DNA from: Gaiellaceae bacterium
GTDB taxonomy: Bacteria; Actinomycetota; Thermoleophilia; Gaiellales; Gaiellaceae
NCBI GenBank assembly: GCA_035553355.1
Contig: DATMJW010000124.1
Span: 13,209 to 77,208 of the forward strand
Direction: 5' to 3'
Length of the DNA: 64,000 nucleotides
The position numbers and the translations under genes were made by a program. A model generated the notes under the pieces. The model did not search any database. It had not been told where the DNA came from and worked only from the letters and a program-made list of their open reading frames with translations. Below are positions 16,816 through 26,275 of the stretch, piece after piece. Numbering within the stretch: position 1 is the first letter of the stretch; each line of letters starts with the position of its first letter.

Positions 16816-19163
16816 AGCGACGGCTGCGTGGCGGCGAGCCCCGGCCGGACGAGGCGCGGCGGGCGCTTCAGCCCGGCGTCGCGCACCGGCGGGTTCACCG
16901 GCTCGTCGAGCGGCGGCGCGCCGAACGAGCGCGCCCGCTGCTCCGCCGGCGCATCGCCGTACAGCGTCGTCCGCTGGCGCGGCACGCGCCCCGCGGCGCG
17001 GATGGTCGCCTCCATCGCCTCGGGCGGCATCTCCTGGCCGTGCGCCGAGCCGGCCGCGCGCGAGATCGACTCGTTCATGAGCGTCCCGCCGAGGTCGTTC
17101 ACGCCCGCCCGCAACACCTCGGCGACCCCGGCAGGCCCGAGCTTCACCCACGACGCCTGCACGTTCTGGATCTCCGGATGGAGCGCGAGGCGCGCGACCG
17201 CGTGCACGAGCAGCGTCTCGCCGAACGTCGGCCCCGAGCGTGCCCGACCGCGGAGCCACATCGGCGCCTCCATGTGCACGAACGGGAGCGGCACGAACTC
17301 CGTGAAGCCGCCCGACCGCCGCTGCTGCTCCTTCGCACGGAGCAGGTGACGCGCCCAGTGCAGCGGCGACTCCACGTGCCCGAACATCATCGTCACGTTC
17401 GAGCGCAGCCCAGCGCGGTGCGCGGCGGCGTGCACCGCGAGCCACTGCGCGGTCGTGATCTTGTCGGGACAGATCAGCGCACGCACCTCGTCGTCGAGGA
17501 TCTCGGCCGCGGTGCCTGGGAGAGAGCCGAGGCCGAGGTCGCGCAGGCGGGTCAGGTAGGCGTCGAGCCCCACCCCGAGCGTCGCCGCTCCCTGCCATAC
17601 CTCGAGCGCCGAGAACGCGTGGACGTGCAGCTCCGGCACGGCACCGCGGATCGCCTCGACGACGGAGGCGTAATAGTCGCCGGTGAACGCGGGGTGGATC
17701 CCGCCCTGGAGGCAGACCTCCGTCGCGCCGCGCTCCCACGCCTCGCGCGCGCGGCGGACGATCTCCTCGTGGGGGACGAGGTACGGCGCACCGCGGAGAT
17801 TCGCGGCGAGCTTCCCCTTCGAGAAGGCGCAGAAGCCGCAGCGGAAGTAGCAGACGTTCGTGTACTGGATGTTCCGCGTGACGACGTAGCTGACCTCGTC
17901 GCCGCACACCTCCCGCCGCAGCCGGTCGGCGGCGGCGAAGACCCGCTGCCGCTCCTCCCCGCGGGCGCGGAAGAGCCGCACGAGCTCCTCCTCCCCCAGC
18001 TCGTCGCGCGAGTCGACCGGGAGCGCGTCGCGCCGCACGACGAAGGGCGCCGGGCGCGCCTCGCCGGGGTGCCAGCCGTCCTCGCGGGCGAGGCCGAGCG
18101 CATCGGCCGCGCGAAGCGCGACCGGCAGCACCGCCTCGTCGAGCCACTGCGGCGAGAGGAAGGAGGGGTAGACGGGGAGCCGCGGCGCGAGCTCGAGCCC
18201 GCGCGAGCGTGTCGCTTCGGCGAGGCGGTCGCGATCCGGCCAGGGAGCCTCGGGGTTGACGTGGTCGATCGTCACCGGCGACACGCCGCCCCAGTCGTCG
18301 ATCCCGGCGTCGAGGAGCCGCGGGAAGTCGTCGAAGGCGAGGTTCGGCGGTGCCTGCACCGCGACGTCGGCGGGCAGGACGATCCGCGCCGCCGCGATCG
18401 TCCAGAGGTGCTGCTCGAGGTCGGGCTCCGGGTGCGCCGCCATCCGCGTACCTGGCTTCGCGCGGAAGTTCTGGACGATGACCTCCTGCAGATGGCCACC
18501 GCCCGCATGCACGGCGGCGAGCGTCGCGAGCGCGTCCAGCCGCTCGGCCCGCGTCTCGCCGATCCCGATCAGGATGCCGCTCGTGAACGGGATCCGCAGG
18601 TCGCCCGCCGCCGCGATCGTCGCGACGCGAACGGCCGGGTCCTTGTCGGGAGACGCCCAGTGGGGGCCACCCTTCGCTGCGAGCCGGGTGGCCGTCGTCT
18701 CGAGCATGATCCCCATCGACGCAGCGACGGGCCGCAGCGCGGCCAGCTCCGCCCGCGTCATCACGCCGGGGTTCAGGTGCGGGAGGAGGCCGGTCTCGTC
18801 GAGCACGAGCTTCGCGACGCGCGCGAGGTACTCGAGCGTCGAGTCGCAGCCGAGCGAACGGAGCTCCTCGCGCGCGACCTTGTACCGGAGCTCCGGCTTG
18901 TCGCCCAGCGTGAAGAGCGCCTCGGTGCAGCCCGCCGCGGCTCCTGCACGCGCGACCGCCAGCACCTCGTCCTCCGACAGGTACGCGCGCTCGCCGCGCC
19001 GGGGCGGCCGCGCGAACGTGCAGTAGCCGCACACGTCGCGGCACAGCGTCGTCAGCGGGACGAAGACCTTCGGCGAGTACGTGACGAGGCCGTCGCCGCG
19101 CCTCCTCCTCCGCGCCGCCTCGAGCAGCTCGTCGAGCGACGCGTCGAGGAGTGCCGCCGTCAC
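16812..19163 (-). CDS. fbiC: FO synthase (7,8-didemethyl-8-hydroxy-5-deazariboflavin synthase), fused CofG/CofH
   Basis: C-terminal 783 codons of track ORF 16812..21194. Two radical-SAM motifs: LCRDVCGYCTF and NVCYFRCGFCAF. GTG at 19163 in a GTGA overlap with the upstream SBP stop; the exact start is moderately certain. Confidence 0.9.
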   Translation of the reverse strand: MTAALLDASLDELLEAARRRRRGDGLVTYSPKVFVPLTTLCRDVCGYCTFARPPRRGERAYLSEDEVLAVARAGAAAGCTEALFTLGDKPELRYKVAREELRSLGCDSTLEYLARVAKLVLDETGLLPHLNPGVMTRAELAALRPVAASMGIMLETTATRLAAKGGPHWASPDKDPAVRVATIAAAGDLRIPFTSGILIGIGETRAERLDALATLAAVHAGGGHLQEVIVQNFRAKPGTRMAAHPEPDLEQHLWTIAAARIVLPADVAVQAPPNLAFDDFPRLLDAGIDDWGGVSPVTIDHVNPEAPWPDRDRLAEATRSRGLELAPRLPVYPSFLSPQWLDEAVLPVALRAADALGLAREDGWHPGEARPAPFVVRRDALPVDSRDELGEEELVRLFRARGEERQRVFAAADRLRREVCGDEVSYVVTRNIQYTNVCYFRCGFCAFSKGKLAANLRGAPYLVPHEEIVRRAREAWERGATEVCLQGGIHPAFTGDYYASVVEAIRGAVPELHVHAFSALEVWQGAATLGVGLDAYLTRLRDLGLGSLPGTAAEILDDEVRALICPDKITTAQWLAVHAAAHRAGLRSNVTMMFGHVESPLHWARHLLRAKEQQRRSGGFTEFVPLPFVHMEAPMWLRGRARSGPTFGETLLVHAVARLALHPEIQNVQASWVKLGPAGVAEVLRAGVNDLGGTLMNESISRAAGSAHGQEMPPEAMEATIRAAGRVPRQRTTLYGDAPAEQRARSFGAPPLDEPVNPPVRDAGLKRPPRLVRPGLAATQPSL

Positions 19164-20401
19164 CGAGGCGGCGGTCCCCAGAGGCCGCCGAACGTGTGCC
19201 AGCGCCCGCCCTGCCAGCGCTGCAGCACGACGTTCTCGACCGGGAACCCGTCGCCGCGGCCGGTGCGCACGACGATGCCCGGCAGGAGGAACGGGTTCGC
19301 CGGATCGTTCAGCGTTCGCGCCGCCCGCATCACCTTCGCGCGCGTCGGCTGCGGCCCGGCGGCCCGCAGCACCCGCACGAGCTCGTGCGCGACCGCCATG
19401 CCGTAGAGGTGGAAGACGTCGTCGGGCCGCGCGCGGGGGGCGTGCCGGCGAAGGACGTCGCGGTAGGTGCGGACGCCGGCGTCGTCGCGCCAGGTCGGAT
19501 CGGTCGGGTCCTTGAGGTACGCGATCGAGATCGTCCGACCGAGGAGACCGGACGCGCCGCCGGCGGCGATCGTGCGCATCACCGTGGAGGCGTTCGACAC
19601 CGCGTTCAGGAGCACGAGCGGCCTCCACCCGAGCTTCGTCGCGGAGACGTACGCCTGCGTCGCGAACTTCGGCGTCGCGAACACGGCGAAGACGTCGGCT
19701 CCGGAGGCCTTCAGCTTCGCGACCTGCGACTGCACGTCGGCGTCCGCCACCTCGTACGACTGCGTCGCGACCACCCTCACGCTGGAGCGCGCGACGGCGC
19801 GGCGGAGCCCGGCGAGCAGGTCCTTCCCGTACTCGTCGTTCTGGAAGAGGACGCCGACGCGCGCACCGCGGCGCGTGCGGGCGAGGTACGTGCCGTAGAT
19901 CGTCCCCTCGGTCGCGTAGCTCGGCTGGAACCCGAGCGTCCACGGATAGGCGGTGGCGTCGCGGCCGAACGTGGTCGCGCCCGAGGCGACGAAGAGCTGC
20001 GGCACCTTGCGCGCGTTCAGGTACGAGCGCACGGCGACGTTGTGCTCGGTGCCGAGCGAGTTGAAGACCGCGAAGACGCCGTCCTGCTCGACGAGCTGCC
20101 GCGTCACCTGGACGGCGCGGCCGGGGTCGTATCCGTCGTCGAGATACCGGTACGAGACCGTGCGCCCGTGGACGCCGCCGCGCGCGTTCACGTGCTTCAG
20201 ATACGCCTCGGCGCCGCGCGCGATCGACGCGTACGCGGAGGCCGGGCCCGTGAGCGGGGCCGTCCCGCCGACGAGGATCTCCGTCGGGGTGACGCCCGGC
20301 TCGGCGGCGCCGGCGTCGGTGCGCGCGACCGCGCTGCCGAGGCCGACGGCGAGGGCCGTCGTGGCGGCCGCGAGCGCGGCGAGAACCGTCCTCGTGCTCA
20401 C
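19160..20401 (-). CDS. Branched-chain-amino-acid-type (LivJ/K family) ABC substrate-binding protein
   Basis: 413 aa with signal peptide. ILVGGTAPLTGPASAYA..., type I periplasmic binding fold signature. Confidence 0.85.
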   Translation of the reverse strand: MSTRTVLAALAAATTALAVGLGSAVARTDAGAAEPGVTPTEILVGGTAPLTGPASAYASIARGAEAYLKHVNARGGVHGRTVSYRYLDDGYDPGRAVQVTRQLVEQDGVFAVFNSLGTEHNVAVRSYLNARKVPQLFVASGATTFGRDATAYPWTLGFQPSYATEGTIYGTYLARTRRGARVGVLFQNDEYGKDLLAGLRRAVARSSVRVVATQSYEVADADVQSQVAKLKASGADVFAVFATPKFATQAYVSATKLGWRPLVLLNAVSNASTVMRTIAAGGASGLLGRTISIAYLKDPTDPTWRDDAGVRTYRDVLRRHAPRARPDDVFHLYGMAVAHELVRVLRAAGPQPTRAKVMRAARTLNDPANPFLLPGIVVRTGRGDGFPVENVVLQRWQGGRWHTFGGLWGPPPR

Positions 20402-20410
20402 GCCTGCAGC

Positions 20411-21487
20411 CTACGTGCGGCTCACGAGCCGCGACGCCGCCCACCCGACGCGGCGGACGAGGCCGGCGGCACCGGTCGGCAGGAGCAGCATCACGGCGAT
20501 CAGGATCACGCCGTAGACGACGGAGGGCGCACCGGGCGACTTCGAGATCGACTGCGCCCAGAGCGGCAGGAACTGGATGAAGATCGCCCCGAAGACGAGC
20601 GGCCACAGCGACCCCAGGCCGCCGACCACCACCCCGACGAGCAGGAAGATCGACAGCGCGATCGGGAACGTCTCCGGATTCACGAACGTCGTCGCGATCG
20701 CGAGCAGCGATCCGGCGATGCCGGCGTAGAACGCGCTGATCCCGAACGCGAGCGTCTTGTACTTCGCGAGGCTGACGCCCGAGGACGCGGCTGCGAGCGG
20801 GCTGTCGCGGACGGCCCGCAGCGCGCGTCCGAAGCGCCCGCGGACGATCAGCCACGCGAGCGCGAACATGACGAGCGCGATCCCCCAGCACAGGTAGTAG
20901 AGCCACTCGTTGAAGGAGTGGATCTCGAAGCCGAGCACGCGGATCGGCTCCGTCACCGTCTCGAAGGTGACGGGATCGGTCGTCTCCGTCGGCCGCGTCC
21001 GGCCGGGCGCGTCGAAGAGGTTGATGCCGGGACCGCCGCCCGTGAAGCCTTCGAACTTCCGGATCACGGCCGGTGTCGCGACGGCGACCGCGAACGTGGC
21101 GAGCGCGAGGTAGAGGCCCGAGAGCCGCAGCGCCGGGAACCCGAACAGGAAGCCGATCGCGCCGGCGACCACCCCGGCGAGCGGGATCGTCCACACGTCG
21201 CGCATGTCGCCGGAGAACGTGTGGCCGCCGAGCCGGAGGCCCTGGTCCGAGATCAGGATCGCGGTCGTGTAGCCGCCGATCGCCATGTAGGCGCCGTGGC
21301 CGAGCGAGATCTGGCCCGTGTAGCCGGTGAGGATGTTCAGCCCGAGGAGGGCGATCAGGTAGATCCCGACGTATGCGAACTGCTGCGCGCGGAAGTCGCT
21401 CACGATCCGCGGCACGAAGAGGACGGCGAGCGCAGCCGCAGCGAAGAGGCCGACCTTGACGAGCTCGCTCCGGCCCGGCCGCGTCAC
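20411..21487 (-). CDS. livM: LIV-type ABC transporter permease
   Basis: GTG at 21487 (GTGA overlap with the livH stop). ...LNILTGYTGQISLGHGAYMAIGGY... 358 aa. Confidence 0.85.
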   Translation of the reverse strand: MTRPGRSELVKVGLFAAAALAVLFVPRIVSDFRAQQFAYVGIYLIALLGLNILTGYTGQISLGHGAYMAIGGYTTAILISDQGLRLGGHTFSGDMRDVWTIPLAGVVAGAIGFLFGFPALRLSGLYLALATFAVAVATPAVIRKFEGFTGGGPGINLFDAPGRTRPTETTDPVTFETVTEPIRVLGFEIHSFNEWLYYLCWGIALVMFALAWLIVRGRFGRALRAVRDSPLAAASSGVSLAKYKTLAFGISAFYAGIAGSLLAIATTFVNPETFPIALSIFLLVGVVVGGLGSLWPLVFGAIFIQFLPLWAQSISKSPGAPSVVYGVILIAVMLLLPTGAAGLVRRVGWAASRLVSRT

Positions 21488-22374
21488 ACGCGCCTCGCGA
21501 TCGGCTTGCCGAAGAGGCCCTCGGGCTTCACGAGCAGGACGACGAGGATGACCAGGAGCGCCGCGGGCAGACGCAGGTCGGCACCGACGAAGTCGATGTA
21601 CGAGCCGATCAGGTTCAGCCCGACGCCCAGCATCAACCCGCCGGCGACGGCGCCGAACGGCGAGTCGATCCCGCCGAGCACCGCAGCTGCGAAGGCGTAG
21701 ATCAGGATCGCCTGCATCATCGACGGGTCGAGGAACACCGTCGGCGCCGCGAGCATCCCGGCGACGGCGCCGAGCGCGGCGGCGAGGCCCCAGCCGATCG
21801 CGAGCATCCAGCCGACGCGGACGCCGACGAGCCGGCTCGCGTCGGGGTTTAGCGCCGCGGCGCGCATCGCGAGGCCGATCTTCGTGAACTGGAAGAACGC
21901 CCACAGCGCGACGACGAGGGCGAGCACGATCGCGAGCGTGCCGAGGTCCTGGATCGAGATCGCGACGCCACCGACGTCGACCGTCTCGTTCGGCAGCGCC
22001 GTCGGGAACGCGCGCACCTCCGCCGACCAGATCCAGCCGGCGAGCCCGTTGAAGATGAGCACGAGGCCGATCGTCACGATCACGATCGTGAGGACGGGCG
22101 CTCGCTCGACGGGCCGGATCACCGTCCGCTGGAGCGCGAGGCCGCCGACGAACGAGAGCAGGATCGTCGCGGCGAACGCGCCCCAGTAGGGCCAGCCGTG
22201 GTTCGTCGTCAGCGTCCACGCGATGTAGGTGGAGAACATCGCCATCTCGCCCTGCGCGAAGTTGATCACCCCCGTCGCGCGGTGGATGAGGACGAGCGCC
22301 AGCGCGAGCGCGGCGTAGATCGCGCCCGATGCGAGCCCCGACACGACCTGCTGGAAGAACTGGGCGTAGTCCAC
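21484..22374 (-). CDS. livH: LIV-type ABC transporter permease
   Basis: 296 aa. MDYAQFFQQVVSGLASGAIYAALALALVLIHRATGVINFAQGE. Confidence 0.9.
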   Translation of the reverse strand: MDYAQFFQQVVSGLASGAIYAALALALVLIHRATGVINFAQGEMAMFSTYIAWTLTTNHGWPYWGAFAATILLSFVGGLALQRTVIRPVERAPVLTIVIVTIGLVLIFNGLAGWIWSAEVRAFPTALPNETVDVGGVAISIQDLGTLAIVLALVVALWAFFQFTKIGLAMRAAALNPDASRLVGVRVGWMLAIGWGLAAALGAVAGMLAAPTVFLDPSMMQAILIYAFAAAVLGGIDSPFGAVAGGLMLGVGLNLIGSYIDFVGADLRLPAALLVILVVLLVKPEGLFGKPIARRV

Positions 22375-22375
22375 G

Positions 22376-23083
22376 TCAGTACCCCAGGTAGCTCCGTCGG
22401 ACGGTCTCGTTCCGCGCCAGCTCCTCGGTCGTGCCGGAGACGGCCACCTCGCCCACCTCGAGCACGTACGCGCGGTGGGCGACGTCGAGCGCGATCGCAG
22501 CGTTCTGCTCGACCACGAGCACCGTCAGCCCCTCCCTCTCGTTGAGGTCGCGCACGATCCGGAAGATCTCACGCGTGACGAGCGGCGCGAGCCCGAGCGA
22601 CGGCTCGTCGAGGAGCAGGAGCCGCGGGCGGCTCATCAGCGCCCGGGCGAGCGCGAGCATCTGCTGCTCGCCGCCGGAGAGCGTGCCCGCGTGCTGGTCG
22701 CGGCGTGCCTCGATCCACGGGAACCACTCCTGCATGCGCGTGAGGTCGTCGTCGAGCGCTCCGCGGCGCGTGTAGCCGCCGAGGCGGAGGTTCTCCTCCA
22801 CCGTCAGCTCCCCGAACGTCCCGCGCCCCTCCGGCACGTGCGCGACGCCGAGCCGTGCGACTGCCTCCGGGCCGCGGCGGCCGAGGCTCTGGCCGGCGAC
22901 GCGGATCTCGCCGCTCCGCCGGACGGTGCCCGAGATCGCACGCAGCGTCGTCGTCTTGCCGGCGCCGTTCGCGCCGAGGACGGCGACGATCTCCCCCTCG
23001 GCCACGTCGAGCGTGACACCGTGCAGCGCGCGCACCTGGCCGTAACGGGCCTCGACGTCGCGGAGCTCGAGCAGCGCGGCCAC
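22376..23083 (-). CDS. livF: LIV-type ABC transporter ATP-binding protein
   Basis: GTG at 23083 (TAGTG 1-nt overlap with the livG stop). GANGAGKTTTLRAISG, LSGGEQQMLALARAL. Confidence 0.9.
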   Translation of the reverse strand: MAALLELRDVEARYGQVRALHGVTLDVAEGEIVAVLGANGAGKTTTLRAISGTVRRSGEIRVAGQSLGRRGPEAVARLGVAHVPEGRGTFGELTVEENLRLGGYTRRGALDDDLTRMQEWFPWIEARRDQHAGTLSGGEQQMLALARALMSRPRLLLLDEPSLGLAPLVTREIFRIVRDLNEREGLTVLVVEQNAAIALDVAHRAYVLEVGEVAVSGTTEELARNETVRRSYLGY

Positions 23084-23811
23084 TAGGCGTCCCGCCCGGT
23101 GCCGTCGTCGGTGCCGAGATACGCCTCGATCACGTCGGGGTTCGCGCGCACCTCCGCCGGCGTGCCCTGCGCGATCATGCGACCGAAGTTCAGCACGTGC
23201 ACGTGGTCGGAGATCCCCATCACGAGGTTCATGTGGTGCTCGACGAGGAGCACGGTGAGTTCGTAGTCGTCGCGGATCTGCTGGATGAACCGGCCGAGCT
23301 CCTCGACCTCCTCGTGGTTGAGGCCACCCGCCGGCTCGTCGAGGAGCAGCAGCTTCGGCCCCGCGACGAGCGCACGCGCGAGCTCGACGCGCTTCAGCGT
23401 CCCGTACGGCAGCCCCGCGACCGGCCGCTCGGCGATCTGGCGCAGGCCGACGTAGTCGATCGCCTCGAGCGCCTGGCCCGTCGCGTCGCGCCCGCGCGTG
23501 TGCGCGCCGACGAGGACGTTGTCGAGGACGGTCATCGTCCGGAAGAGCTCGACGTTCTGGAAGGTGCGCGCGATCCCACGGCGGACGATCCCGTGCACCG
23601 GCGAGCGCAGCAGGCTCTCGCCCCGGAAGACGACGTCGCCGCTGTCGGGGGTGTACAGCCGCGTGATCACGTTGAACGCGGTCGTCTTGCCGGCGCCGTT
23701 CGGGCCGATCAGGCCCGCGATCTGCCCCTCGACGACGTCGAACGAGACTCCGTCGAGCGCGACGACGCCGCCGAAGCGACGTGTCACGTTCCGCAGCGAG
23801 AGGAGGGCCAT
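23083..23811 (-). CDS. livG: LIV-type ABC transporter ATP-binding protein
   Basis: Internal ATG 23811 of track ORF 23083..23955. [52 protein letters not shown]. Confidence 0.9.
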   Translation of the reverse strand: MALLSLRNVTRRFGGVVALDGVSFDVVEGQIAGLIGPNGAGKTTAFNVITRLYTPDSGDVVFRGESLLRSPVHGIVRRGIARTFQNVELFRTMTVLDNVLVGAHTRGRDATGQALEAIDYVGLRQIAERPVAGLPYGTLKRVELARALVAGPKLLLLDEPAGGLNHEEVEELGRFIQQIRDDYELTVLLVEHHMNLVMGISDHVHVLNFGRMIAQGTPAEVRANPDVIEAYLGTDDGTGRDA

Positions 23812-23939
23812 GGCGCCCGCGTACCCTAAGCAGGTGGCATGACAGAGGCAACGGTGCTGCGCACTCCGCCCGCCTGCACCGTTAGGCTGCCGCGCCGTCC
23901 AGGTTTCAGCACAGGTCCCGCAGTGGAGGAAGTCACGAG

Positions 23940-24908
23940 ATGAGCACCGCCGCACCGACAGTCGAGCCGCGCAACGAGCACGACGGCGACGAGCACGACG
24001 ACCACGACGCGCACGATCTGCCGACCGGGCAGAAGGTGACGAACCTGCTCGCGGTCACGATCCCGTTCGTCGGCTTCGTCGCCTCGCTGTTCTTCCTCTG
24101 GGGGAACCTCGTGACCGGGCGCGACCTCGTGATCCTCGGCGTCGGCTACTTCTTCACCTGCCTCGGGATCTCGATCGGCTTCCACCGGCTCTTCACCCAC
24201 CGGTCGTACGAGACCTACGCCCCGGTTCGCTACACGCTCGCGATCCTCGGCTCGATGGCGGTCGAGGGACCGGTGATCCGGTGGGTCTCCGACCACCGCA
24301 AGCACCACAACTTCGCGGATCGCGAGGGCGATCCGCACTCGCCGCACGCCGGCTTCGGCCCCGGCCTGCGCGGCAAGATCGCCGGCCTCTGGCACGCGCA
24401 CATCGGCTGGCTCTTCCGGAACGTCGGCCGGGCCGAGGAGTCGAAGTACGCGAAGGACCTGCTCGCCGACCGCGGGATGGTGCTCATCTCGCGCACGTTC
24501 CCGCTGTGGGTCGCGGTCTCGCTGCTGCTTCCCTTCGCCGCCGGCTGGATCTGGGGCGGCACGTTCGGCGCCGGCCTGCAGGCGCTCTTCTGGGGCGGCC
24601 TGATCCGGATCTTCCTGCTCCACCACATCACGTGGTCGGTCAACTCGGTGTGCCACTTCGTCGGGCGGCGCCGGTTCCGCGTGAAGGACGAGTCGCGGAA
24701 CGTCTGGTGGCTCTCCTGGATCTCGATGGGCGAGTCGTGGCACCACAACCACCACGCGTTCCCGTCGTCGGCGTTCCACGGCCTCAAGCCGTGGGAGCTC
24801 GACATCGGCGGCCTCGTCATCCGCGGCATGCGCCGCGTCGGCCTCGTCTGGAAGGTCGTGACGATCCCGCCCGAGCTGCAGCGCAAGCGCGAGCTCGCGT
24901 CCGACTAG
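23940..24908 (+). CDS. Membrane acyl-CoA (stearoyl-CoA-type) desaturase, DesA3-like
   Basis: 322 aa. Three His boxes: HRLFTH, HRKHH, HNHHAF. GGAGGA SD upstream. Confidence 0.9.
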   Translation: MSTAAPTVEPRNEHDGDEHDDHDAHDLPTGQKVTNLLAVTIPFVGFVASLFFLWGNLVTGRDLVILGVGYFFTCLGISIGFHRLFTHRSYETYAPVRYTLAILGSMAVEGPVIRWVSDHRKHHNFADREGDPHSPHAGFGPGLRGKIAGLWHAHIGWLFRNVGRAEESKYAKDLLADRGMVLISRTFPLWVAVSLLLPFAAGWIWGGTFGAGLQALFWGGLIRIFLLHHITWSVNSVCHFVGRRRFRVKDESRNVWWLSWISMGESWHHNHHAFPSSAFHGLKPWELDIGGLVIRGMRRVGLVWKVVTIPPELQRKRELASD

Positions 24909-24949
24909 GGCCGCCGCGGCGGCCACGCCCGCCGCGGACGTGTCGCGCC

Positions 24950-24992
24950 GTCAACGCGACGGGCGGGGACTGTCCCCGTTCGTTTCGTTGAC
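24950..24992 (+). terminator. Compound hairpin after the desaturase stop
   Basis: Outer stem GTCAACG/CGTTGAC (24950-56/24986-92). Inner stem CGGGGA/TCCCCG (24964-69/24973-78). No U-tract. Confidence 0.35.
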
Positions 24993-25016
24993 GGATGGAC
25001 GTGGCCGGAGAGGACG

Positions 25017-25046
25017 CGCCGCCGCGGGCGGGGGCCCGCGGCGGCG
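25017..25046. terminator. Perfect 13-bp GC hairpin between convergent genes
   Basis: CGCCGCCGCGGGC-GGGG-GCCCGCGGCGGCG, 7 nt from the ACAD stop (25053). No U-tract (I-shaped type). Confidence 0.45.
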
Positions 25047-25052
25047 GCGTGT

Positions 25053-26258
25053 CTACGAGAAGCGGTACGTGCCGCCGTCGCGGAACTCGCCGAGGATCCG
25101 GCGGGAGACGACCATGCGGTGAACCTCGTCCGGGCCGTCGTAGATGCGCGCACCGCGCGCGTTCGCGTACATGTGTCCGAGCGGCGTCTCGTCGGTGAGC
25201 CCGCGGGCGCCGTGCGTCTGGATCGCGCGGTCGATCACGTCGTGGAGGACGCGCGCGGCGTAGAACTTGATCAGCGAGATCTCGACCCGCGCCTCGTCGC
25301 CCTCGTCGAGCTTCCGTGCCGCGTCGAGCGTCATCAGCCGGCACGCCTGGATCTCCGCTGCGGAGTCGGCGATCCATTTCTGGATCGTCTGCTTCTCGGC
25401 GAGCGGGCCGCCGAACGCCTCCCGCTCGAGCGCGTAGCGGCACATGAGCTCGAACGCGCGCTGCATCTGCCCGAGCCAGCGCATCACGTGGTGGATCCGC
25501 CCGGGCCCGAGGCGCTTCTGCGCGATCCGGAAGCCGTCGCCGGGCTCGCCGAGCACGTTCTCGAGCGGCACGCGCACACCGGTGTAACGCACCTCGCAGT
25601 GCGTCGACCAGCCACGGCCGGTGTGGCCGAGCACCGGGATCGGCCGCACGACCTCGACGCCGGGCGTGTCGGCGGGGACGATGATCTGACTCATGCGCCG
25701 GTGCGGCGGCGCGTCCGGATCGGTGACCGCCATCACGATCCCGAACGCGGCGCCCTCGGCCGACGACGAGAACCACTTGTGACCGTCGATGACCCACTCG
25801 TCGCCCTCGACGACCGCGCGCGTCCGCAGGCCGGTCGGGTCTGCACCGGACACCTCCGGCTCGGTCATCGAGAAGAACGAGCGCGCCGTGCCGTCGACGA
25901 GCGGCCGCAGGAAGCGCTCCTTCTGCTCCGGCGTCCCGTACAGGTGGAGGATCTCGCCGTTCCCCGCATCCGGCGCCTGGCAGTTGAAGACGAGCTGCGC
26001 CCAGGTCGAACGGCCGATCTCCTCGTTCAGGAGGGCGTACTCGATGAACCCGGAGCCCGTTCCCCCGGCCTCCGGGGGCAGGTGCGGCGCCCAGATCCCC
26101 GCCGCCTTCGCCTTCGCGCGGAGCTCGTCGATCAGCGCGTCGGCGGCGTCGTCCTCGCGCGCGAGCGCAGGTTCGGCCGCGTAGACGTGCTCCTCCATGA
26201 ACGCGCGCACCTCGGCGCGGCGGGCCGTCACGTCGCGCGGGATCGCGAGCTCGGTCAC
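25053..26258 (-). CDS. Acyl-CoA dehydrogenase, FadE2 / ACAD10-ACAD11-C-terminal-like subfamily
   Basis: GTG at 26258 (in frame with track ORF 25053..27104). ...FFSMTEPEVSGADPTG..., IDGHKWFSSSAEGAAFGIVMAVT (compare GKKWWSSG in ACAD10/11). 401 aa. Confidence 0.85.
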   Translation of the reverse strand: MTELAIPRDVTARRAEVRAFMEEHVYAAEPALAREDDAADALIDELRAKAKAAGIWAPHLPPEAGGTGSGFIEYALLNEEIGRSTWAQLVFNCQAPDAGNGEILHLYGTPEQKERFLRPLVDGTARSFFSMTEPEVSGADPTGLRTRAVVEGDEWVIDGHKWFSSSAEGAAFGIVMAVTDPDAPPHRRMSQIIVPADTPGVEVVRPIPVLGHTGRGWSTHCEVRYTGVRVPLENVLGEPGDGFRIAQKRLGPGRIHHVMRWLGQMQRAFELMCRYALEREAFGGPLAEKQTIQKWIADSAAEIQACRLMTLDAARKLDEGDEARVEISLIKFYAARVLHDVIDRAIQTHGARGLTDETPLGHMYANARGARIYDGPDEVHRMVVSRRILGEFRDGGTYRFS

Positions 26259-26263
26259 GCGCC

Positions 26264-26270
26264 TAGTATC
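26264..26270. promoter_or_regulatory. Overlapping divergent -10 candidates in a 17-bp intergenic region (TAGTAT for the plus strand, GATACT for the minus strand)
   Basis: gcgccTAGTATCgcgccGTG. Each hexamer lies exactly 6 nt from the respective GTG (26276 plus; 26258 minus). Confidence 0.4.
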
Positions 26271-26275
26271 GCGCC

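Noticed and set aside
15652-19406. 1130-aa minus-strand and 1200-aa plus-strand ORFs spanning hisA, the MBL-like gene and fbiC.
   Set aside because: Both are Arg/Ala/Pro/Gly-rich nonsense frames overlapping well-supported genes in other frames. No domains are recognisable.
16812-21194. Track ORF of 1460 aa suggesting a giant FbiC-containing protein. The same pattern occurs at 49577..54232 (1551 aa), 52972..55020, 56013..58136 and 57182..59539.
   Set aside because: Only the C-terminal part matches a real protein. The N-terminal extensions are stop-free read-through across upstream genes that are clearly encoded in other frames. Real starts coincide with GTGA/ATGA/TAGTG junctions.
23850-23883. 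Hairpin AACGGTGC...GCACCGTT (8-bp stem, 18-nt loop) in the livG/desaturase divergent region, as a possible riboswitch or attenuator.
   Set aside because: A single stem with a large GC-rich loop, no recognisable motif, and unknown strand and TSS context. This is not enough to call.
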